Shown here: in pieces, positions 47,773-54,138 of the stretch
Numbering within the stretch: position 1 is the first letter of the stretch
Layout of the letters: every line of letters begins with the position of its first letter
Source of the DNA: Alphaproteobacteria bacterium
GTDB lineage: Bacteria > Pseudomonadota > Alphaproteobacteria > CAAHEQ01 > UBA3637
Direction: 5' to 3'
Length of the DNA: 54,138 bases
Assembly: GCA_045532865.1 (NCBI GenBank)
Contig: JAZSGT010000045.1
Coordinates: forward strand, 1 to 54,138
Position numbers and translations under genes: made by a program
Notes under the pieces: model-generated
What the model was told of the DNA's origin: nothing
The model's database searches: none
The model's input: only the letters and a program-made list of their open reading frames with translations

Positions 47773-49173
47773 ATGACTTGTAACTCTTTAAAATTAAATA
47801 AACTTTTTTTATTCCTCATTTTTATTGGTGGGTATACCTCTCTTGCACTTGAACTTGTTGTATTAAGAAACTTAAGTTCTTTTGTCGGCAACACAAGCAT
47901 CACTGCATCTATTATTATTGGAACGGTTCTTTTATTTATGGCGTTTGGCTATTATAAAGGTTCTGTTTATCAGCTTAAAACAAAAAGTTTAAGAAAAACA
48001 CTATCCTCTTCATTTCTTTGGTCCGGTATTTGGGTGTTTTTATCTGCATCCTTTCTCATTTTAAGCTTTGTTTTTGCATTTTTTTATGATTATCAAATTT
48101 ATTCAAACATTGTGCAAACATTTATTTTTTCATTTTTAATGCTCACGATTCCCTCTTTTTTATTTGGAAGAATCACCGCACTCATCAGCCGCTATTTTCA
48201 CCGAACAAACCCTCATTACACAGGCAAAATTTTGGCTCTTGATACCATTGGTTCTTTTTTAGGCTCCGTTTTAACAACACTTATTCTCATGCCTTTTATA
48301 GGGGTTAACCACACCGTAACTTTACTTGTTTTTATTTTATTTTTAAGTTATTTATTGTTAAAAAAGAAAAAACTTCGCTCAAGTATATTTCCCATAATTA
48401 TCCTCCTCTTCAGCCTTGTTTTTAACTCAAACACCTTTTTAAATGCTGGGTTTAATATTGTTGAAAATAATGCCGTTTCAACCATTGCACTCATTCCTCA
48501 AGATGAGGGTAAATCCACACTCATAACCATCAATGGTTCACTGGCAGCCAAATCTAGTTTAGATAACGAATATTTATTCCCTTATATCAACTATATCGAA
48601 GAAAACTTTATTGAAACACTCCCTCAAAATGAGAAAAAAGACATCCTCATTTTAGGTGCTGGGGCTTTTGTACTTGGCAAATCAGATACTTTTCACAATT
48701 ATACTTATGTAGATATTGAAAAAACACTTCAACCCATTAGCGAAAAGTTGTTGGGTGAAAAACTCTCCCCCAACAAAACATTTATTGTACAAGATGCCAA
48801 CCAATTTTTAAAAGAAACAAAACAAAAATATGATTTCATTGTCATTGATGTTTATGGAGCTGGCACATATATCCCCATGGATTTTGTGACCAAGGAATTT
48901 TTCATCAGAGTTCAAAACAGATTGAAAGAAAATGCCTTTATGACTATGAACATTATTGCAAAACCCATGAAAACAGATGATTTTTCACAAAAAATTGAAA
49001 ACTCACTTTTCTCTGTTTTTGGCACCAATCTTTCAAAAATAATCCCAGAAAGAAAATTCAACCCTTGGATTCAAAAGTTTTATAATGTGTTATACACGGT
49101 TTATAACAAACCTCAGAATAATCACATTTACACCGTGGATAAAAACACCCTTCTTTTTGACAATATTCGTTAG
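47773..49173 (+). CDS. Membrane-fused spermidine synthase-like (SAM-binding) protein
   Basis: N-terminal TM region (G..SL.LE....R) followed by ILILGAG, VDIE, DANQFL and YDFIVIDVY. Confidence 0.85.
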   Translation: MTCNSLKLNKLFLFLIFIGGYTSLALELVVLRNLSSFVGNTSITASIIIGTVLLFMAFGYYKGSVYQLKTKSLRKTLSSSFLWSGIWVFLSASFLILSFVFAFFYDYQIYSNIVQTFIFSFLMLTIPSFLFGRITALISRYFHRTNPHYTGKILALDTIGSFLGSVLTTLILMPFIGVNHTVTLLVFILFLSYLLLKKKKLRSSIFPIIILLFSLVFNSNTFLNAGFNIVENNAVSTIALIPQDEGKSTLITINGSLAAKSSLDNEYLFPYINYIEENFIETLPQNEKKDILILGAGAFVLGKSDTFHNYTYVDIEKTLQPISEKLLGEKLSPNKTFIVQDANQFLKETKQKYDFIVIDVYGAGTYIPMDFVTKEFFIRVQNRLKENAFMTMNIIAKPMKTDDFSQKIENSLFSVFGTNLSKIIPERKFNPWIQKFYNVLYTVYNKPQNNHIYTVDKNTLLFDNIR

Positions 49174-51104
49174 CCTTCCCTTTCTAAAATTGGCTTTTCT
49201 CTCAAAGTTGAAAGAACATGTTTTCCCATAACTACCGAAACAATTTTTTGACCGTTTCTCAAACAAGGTGCATATAGATGCTCAATTGATGGTGAACATA
49301 AGAACAAATTACAATGATCAACTGTTTCTAATGTATCAAATAAAACTATTTTTAAAGATGAGTTTTTGAAAAAGGCATTCACATCAATCTTTTTAAGCTT
49401 TGGCAAGTGAAGAACTTTCAAATTCATATTTTCTGAAATACATGCTCTATCAACCCTTACAACATTAGGCAAACTCAAATTTTTAAGCGTATCATTTTTT
49501 GACAGCGCCCCATTCTCAACGATTTTAAGCATTGGCAGTTTCACTATATTCAAATTTTCATTACATGAAAGAGAAAAAGCAGCCGCTTTTTTCACAAAAG
49601 GTAAATCCACTTCTTGTAAATTTATATTATAAGACAAACACCCAGGACCAACAAAAACAAGCTTTTCAAAATTCACTTTTTTAAGTTGAGGACATCCAAC
49701 AATACACCGTCCACGCATCTCAATCAAATTTGGAGCCGAAATTTCAGTCAAATTTGGATTTTCCATTAAAACATTTTCTCCTATTTCAATCAAATTGGGT
49801 GCCTCAAACAATTGAACATTTGGCATTTTGCAAAATGAACCCGACATTACTGATTTTAAATTTGGGAAATATAACCGTCCTTTGACACCCACATTTTCAA
49901 AACAAGAGGTTTCAACTGTTTTAATTTTTTCCAAATTCACCTCTTCTAAACTTGGCAAATTTTCAAAACAAGAAGTTGCAACAGATACACAGTTTTGCAT
50001 TGAAACTTTTCTTAAATTTCTGCAATCCTTAAAATTTCGACTGTAAATACCAGTTACATTTTCCAAATATACTTCTTCAATGGTATTGTGTCTGACAAAA
50101 ATAGAATTATCCAAAATCCCTTCAACAGCCAAATTCAAAAAAATCATCTGCCCATCACGTGCTTTTAAAATACATTTTTCATCCAAATAAACAGCTGTTA
50201 CATCCCCCTCTTTTTTCGATGACAACCTTCCCCCTTGTTGAACTTCTTGTTCAACCAATTCAAACACAGCATCATAAGGTGACTGAGATGGAAATGATGC
50301 ATGAACTTGAAAAACTTTATTCTCTTTAAAATCAACAATAAAATTATCAATAATTAACTGATAATCTTTATTGATAAAAGAAACTTTGTTATCACTCATA
50401 TAATAATCTTTTGAAAAATAAATATTTTGTGATTCTAGATTGTACCGATAAATCATGTTATCAATCAACAAAAAGGATCCTTCAATCATAACTTCTTGAG
50501 AGGCAAAATCAACACCGAAATAATCCCTTAACGACTGAGAAAGACCTGCAATTATGTTATCAGGATTAGAATTAAATGTGTTATCTGGGGCTTCAACTGA
50601 GTGATTATATCTGTTTTTAATGGAGATAAATCCACCTGTTTTAAGAATTTGAATTGAAATAACACTTGTTCCATAGGCATCTTGGCGTTTTGGTTTTTTA
50701 AAATCCTTTCGATTTAAATCTTTTGCCCCTTCCTTAATGCAATGAATGATATGATATTTTTGATATCTGTTAAAATCTCTAAATGTGCACAAAGATTCCA
50801 TATCTGCATAATAGGGACAAATTGAATTTTGTTTTTCTAAAGTATCAGCATAAAAAGCATCATACCCTGCTTTTTTCAGCAACTTAAAAGGGTCTTGCAG
50901 CTTATAATGACTATTTTTTTCTATCTTAATTTGTTTTAAACTTTCCAAATAATTCAAAAGTGGCAGCGCATTACGCCCTGAATATTTTACGATTTGAGGC
51001 AAATTATCCACATCAAAAATCCCACTATCAAAATTTCTGATGGCTCTGGCAAAAGCTTCTCCATTTTGCTTTTTGATGATATCGTAAACCGACTTATCTT
51101 TCAT
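49170..51104 (-). CDS. BspA-type leucine-rich repeat protein with a conserved N-terminal domain (paralogue 1)
   Basis: C.NL..V.LP.L..V....F repeats; N-terminal ~200 aa highly similar to the neighbouring paralogue. Confidence 0.85.
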   Translation of the reverse strand: MKDKSVYDIIKKQNGEAFARAIRNFDSGIFDVDNLPQIVKYSGRNALPLLNYLESLKQIKIEKNSHYKLQDPFKLLKKAGYDAFYADTLEKQNSICPYYADMESLCTFRDFNRYQKYHIIHCIKEGAKDLNRKDFKKPKRQDAYGTSVISIQILKTGGFISIKNRYNHSVEAPDNTFNSNPDNIIAGLSQSLRDYFGVDFASQEVMIEGSFLLIDNMIYRYNLESQNIYFSKDYYMSDNKVSFINKDYQLIIDNFIVDFKENKVFQVHASFPSQSPYDAVFELVEQEVQQGGRLSSKKEGDVTAVYLDEKCILKARDGQMIFLNLAVEGILDNSIFVRHNTIEEVYLENVTGIYSRNFKDCRNLRKVSMQNCVSVATSCFENLPSLEEVNLEKIKTVETSCFENVGVKGRLYFPNLKSVMSGSFCKMPNVQLFEAPNLIEIGENVLMENPNLTEISAPNLIEMRGRCIVGCPQLKKVNFEKLVFVGPGCLSYNINLQEVDLPFVKKAAAFSLSCNENLNIVKLPMLKIVENGALSKNDTLKNLSLPNVVRVDRACISENMNLKVLHLPKLKKIDVNAFFKNSSLKIVLFDTLETVDHCNLFLCSPSIEHLYAPCLRNGQKIVSVVMGKHVLSTLREKPILEREG

Positions 51105-52839
51105 GATTTCTTTCTCGTTTCCTCAAAACAAACTGCTTACTCATATAATCATTTGAACTAATCCAAGAAGGCATCTTTCGTTTATAAACACCTTTTTCAC
51201 ACTCAAAATGTTCTAATGCCGGCAACAAATTGAAATTTGGAACGTCTATTAACTTAGGAGCGATAACACTTTTTAAATTTTGATTGTTACAAAATCCTCT
51301 TTCGGATAAAACTCGCTCCAAACTTGGCAAATAAAGTGTTTCCAAACTGTTATTTTCAGAAAGGCAGCAATCTCCCACACTTAAAACTGAATCCAAACAA
51401 ACCGTTTTTAACTTGGGACACTTTGTTAAATTAAAACCAACAAGAGCGTTTAATTCTGGCAAATACACCTCTTTCAATGAATCATTATGAACAATTGAAT
51501 TAATCCCAATCAACTGTAAATTTGGAGCACTCAATTTTTTAAGATTTGGACAATCTCTAAAACAAATCATCCCCACTGTTTGAAGCATTGGGAAGGTCAA
51601 TTCTTCAATTAAATCCAACCTCTCAAACGAACTATTTACAATACTTCTTAATTCTGGCAACTCAATCTTTTGCAAACTTGGCAAATCTGAAAAACAATGA
51701 CCTAATATTTTTTTGCATTTAGGCAGCGAAACCTTTCTTAATTTTGGGCAGTTTTTAAAACTATACACTCCCAAAACTTCCAAATTTTCAAAACAAACTT
51801 CTTCAATTGATGGATGGTGGATAAAAATAGCCGCTTCAAATTCAAAATTTCCTTTTAAATTACAATAAACAAGAGCCCCTTTTCGAGATTTTAAAACACA
51901 GTGGTCCTCTATAAAAACAAGGGTCAAATCACCTTCTTTTTTTCTAGTTAATTTTTTATCCTCCAACTCATTGTAAATCAGCACTTGCAAATTCAAATCA
52001 GGATCATCAAACAAACCAACGCCAACGTCACCCTCATCTAAAAAAAAGATCCGATTTTCTCTAAAATCAATCAATATATCATCTACAAACATTTGATAAT
52101 CTAAATTAATAAAGTGCACCTTATTATCTTTGATATAATAATTTTCCCCATAATAGATATTGTTTCGCTCTGTATGACAATAATAGATTTTGCCATCCAC
52201 AACTTGATAGGCGCCATCAAGCTCCACTTCTTGAGAGGAAAAATCAACATCAAAGTAATTTTTAAGTGCAGCAGACAACCCTCCGATAATATTGTCTGGA
52301 TTAGAATCAAACGTATTATCTGGCGAGAGTACAGCATGATTGTATCTGTTTTTAATTGAAATAAAACCACCCTCTTTTAAAATTTGGATAGAAATCACCG
52401 AAGTCCCATATTCATCTTGCCGATCAGGCTTAATAAAATCTGATCGTTTTAAATCTTTTGCTCCTTCTTTTATGCAGTGGATAATATAATAATCTTCAAA
52501 CCTTGTTTCATCACGAAAAGTACATAACTCTTCCATTTTTGCATAATAATCAATAATGGAATTTTGTTTTTCTAACGTATCAGCATAAAAAGCATCATAT
52601 CCAGCTTTTTTAAGCAACGTGAATGGATCTTCCACTAAATGGGGAGAAACCTCTTTAATCTCAATTTGTTTTAAACTTTCTAAATAATCCAAAAGTGGCA
52701 AGGCATTTCGACCAGCATACTTAACAATCTCTGGCAAATCATCTACCTCAAAAATCCCATTATCAAAATCTCGAATGGCTCTAGCAAAAGCTTCCCCATT
52801 TTGGCGTTTTATAATCTCATAAACAGATTTATCGCTCAT
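51094..52839 (-). CDS. BspA-type LRR protein with a conserved N-terminal domain (paralogue 2)
   Basis: Same architecture; start MSDKSVY at 52839 aligns with MKDKSVY of paralogue 1. Confidence 0.85.
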   Translation of the reverse strand: MSDKSVYEIIKRQNGEAFARAIRDFDNGIFEVDDLPEIVKYAGRNALPLLDYLESLKQIEIKEVSPHLVEDPFTLLKKAGYDAFYADTLEKQNSIIDYYAKMEELCTFRDETRFEDYYIIHCIKEGAKDLKRSDFIKPDRQDEYGTSVISIQILKEGGFISIKNRYNHAVLSPDNTFDSNPDNIIGGLSAALKNYFDVDFSSQEVELDGAYQVVDGKIYYCHTERNNIYYGENYYIKDNKVHFINLDYQMFVDDILIDFRENRIFFLDEGDVGVGLFDDPDLNLQVLIYNELEDKKLTRKKEGDLTLVFIEDHCVLKSRKGALVYCNLKGNFEFEAAIFIHHPSIEEVCFENLEVLGVYSFKNCPKLRKVSLPKCKKILGHCFSDLPSLQKIELPELRSIVNSSFERLDLIEELTFPMLQTVGMICFRDCPNLKKLSAPNLQLIGINSIVHNDSLKEVYLPELNALVGFNLTKCPKLKTVCLDSVLSVGDCCLSENNSLETLYLPSLERVLSERGFCNNQNLKSVIAPKLIDVPNFNLLPALEHFECEKGVYKRKMPSWISSNDYMSKQFVLRKRERNHER

Positions 52840-54138
52840 GTTCACCCTTTCTTTGAATCAAACAGATGGGCAAATGATAACTTTCTAAACACTTAAGCGA
52901 ATCTAAATAAACCCGTTGCAATTTAGGATTACCCCAAAAACAATTTTCATCTATTCTTTGCACACTTTTAAGCGACACAAATCTCAAATTTGGATTAGAA
53001 CAAAAACTTTTTAAACCAATTTCTTCAACCTTATTTAAAACCAATTTTTTAAGATTTTGATTTTTTGAAAAACATTCTGACCCAATATTTTTAAGGCTTG
53101 GCATATGAACAATCATTAAATTTTCATTTTCTGACAAAGCCTCATCTAACACAGAGGTAACCATTGGCAAATCAACCTCTTGCAAATTTCTATTTATCGA
53201 CAAACAACGATATCCCACACATTTTAACTGAGGCAAGCTAATTTTTTTAAGCGATGGACATTTATATAAATTACAATAAGTCAACCGTATTAAATTTGGC
53301 AAATCAACCTCTTCTAAACAAAGGTTTTGGCCAAGTGCCGCCGCTTCTAATGTTCTAATCTTTGGTGCCTTTATTTTTTTGAGTTGCCTCATCCCAGCAA
53401 AACATGCCACTCCAGCACAAGTAAGCAGAGGAAATGACACCTCTTTTACAAGGCCAATATCACACAAAACCCTTTCACCTAAAAAAGTAACCTTATCCAA
53501 ATTTATATATTCAAGTTTAGGCAAATGACAAATAGAAAATGAGCAAACACTACCACAAGAGGGCAAGCTGATTTTCCTTAGATTATCACAATTTTTAAAA
53601 CTGTTATTAGCAACTGATTCTACATTTTCTAAATACACTTCTTCAATCGCATGATGATGGGAAAAAATAGGATTTTCAAGATATCCATCAACCTTTAAAT
53701 CAAGAAAAATCATCTCTCCATTTCTTGATTTTAAAATGCATCTATCCTCTAAATAAATACAGTCTAAACCGTCCATCTTTTTTAAAGTTAACTTTCCTTT
53801 ATTTTTAAGTTCTTGCTTTATCAACAAAAAGACGGCATCTTCTGGAAAGGCATCTGGCATCGTTTCATAAGGTTGAAAAACCTTATTTTCCTTAAAATCA
53901 ATGATAAAATTATCAATAATCATCTGATAATCTTTATTAATAAAATTCACTTTATTGTCTTTAATACAATAACTATCCCCAAAATAGGTATTGTTGCATT
54001 CTGTATGATATTGATAAATCATCCCATCGACAACGATAAAATCCCTATCCAAATCCACAGGTTGAGAGGTAAAATCCACCTGAAAATAATTCCTCAATGC
54101 CTGCGATAAGCCCATAATAATATTATCAGGATTAGATT
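52829..54138 (-). CDS. BspA-type LRR protein (paralogue 3), 5' end outside the window
   Basis: Frame stays open to the window edge and reads SNPDNIIMGLSQAL, matching the internal motif of the other two paralogues. Confidence 0.85.
   Translation of the reverse strand, partial: SNPDNIIMGLSQALRNYFQVDFTSQPVDLDRDFIVVDGMIYQYHTECNNTYFGDSYCIKDNKVNFINKDYQMIIDNFIIDFKENKVFQPYETMPDAFPEDAVFLLIKQELKNKGKLTLKKMDGLDCIYLEDRCILKSRNGEMIFLDLKVDGYLENPIFSHHHAIEEVYLENVESVANNSFKNCDNLRKISLPSCGSVCSFSICHLPKLEYINLDKVTFLGERVLCDIGLVKEVSFPLLTCAGVACFAGMRQLKKIKAPKIRTLEAAALGQNLCLEEVDLPNLIRLTYCNLYKCPSLKKISLPQLKCVGYRCLSINRNLQEVDLPMVTSVLDEALSENENLMIVHMPSLKNIGSECFSKNQNLKKLVLNKVEEIGLKSFCSNPNLRFVSLKSVQRIDENCFWGNPKLQRVYLDSLKCLESYHLPICLIQRKGEHER

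Noticed and set aside
47773..49173. Membrane-fused spermidine synthase-like protein as a novelty
   Set aside because: A known, widespread domain architecture; nothing unusual is visible here.
51094..52839. Identical HER C-termini of two LRR paralogues as a secretion signal
   Set aside because: Explained by the 11-bp overlap with the next gene's conserved start (cATGA..GATAA encodes both H-E-R-stop and M-[SK]-D-K).

Overview
AT-rich (roughly one-third GC by eye) chromosomal segment, most likely from a host- or gut-associated alphaproteobacterium (inferred from the rpoZ-rsh-acpS order and the L21/L27 sequences). Housekeeping genes (pgpA, Ham1-like, GT2, nlpD-like, galE, sod, rpoZ, spoT, acpS, NSS transporter, rplU-rpmA) are mixed with many host-interaction or effector-like genes: an ankyrin protein, a Sel1 protein, a secreted serpin, three tandem BspA-like LRR paralogues, an HExxH protein, a phage-lysozyme-like protein and a protein with two HEPN-type RxxxxH motifs. 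A 15 kb block (12.1-27.5 kb) holds three tandem VirB6/TrbL-like membrane proteins sharing a CWxC motif, a double-HTH regulator and a secretin-N-like protein; it may be an unconventional secretion locus. A defence islet at 30.1-34.7 kb carries two C5 methyltransferases, a two-domain restriction endonuclease and a divergent SLOG gene. The SLOG gene has a ~270 nt leader that folds like a phage C4/CI antisense RNA with its own target sites, which is the strongest non-coding signal in the window. Several enzymes have altered catalytic or specificity motifs (DHODH, Ham1, transglutaminase-like, S24-like). No rRNA, tRNA, CRISPR array, transposase or integrase was seen. All family calls come from motif recognition by eye; no searches were run.
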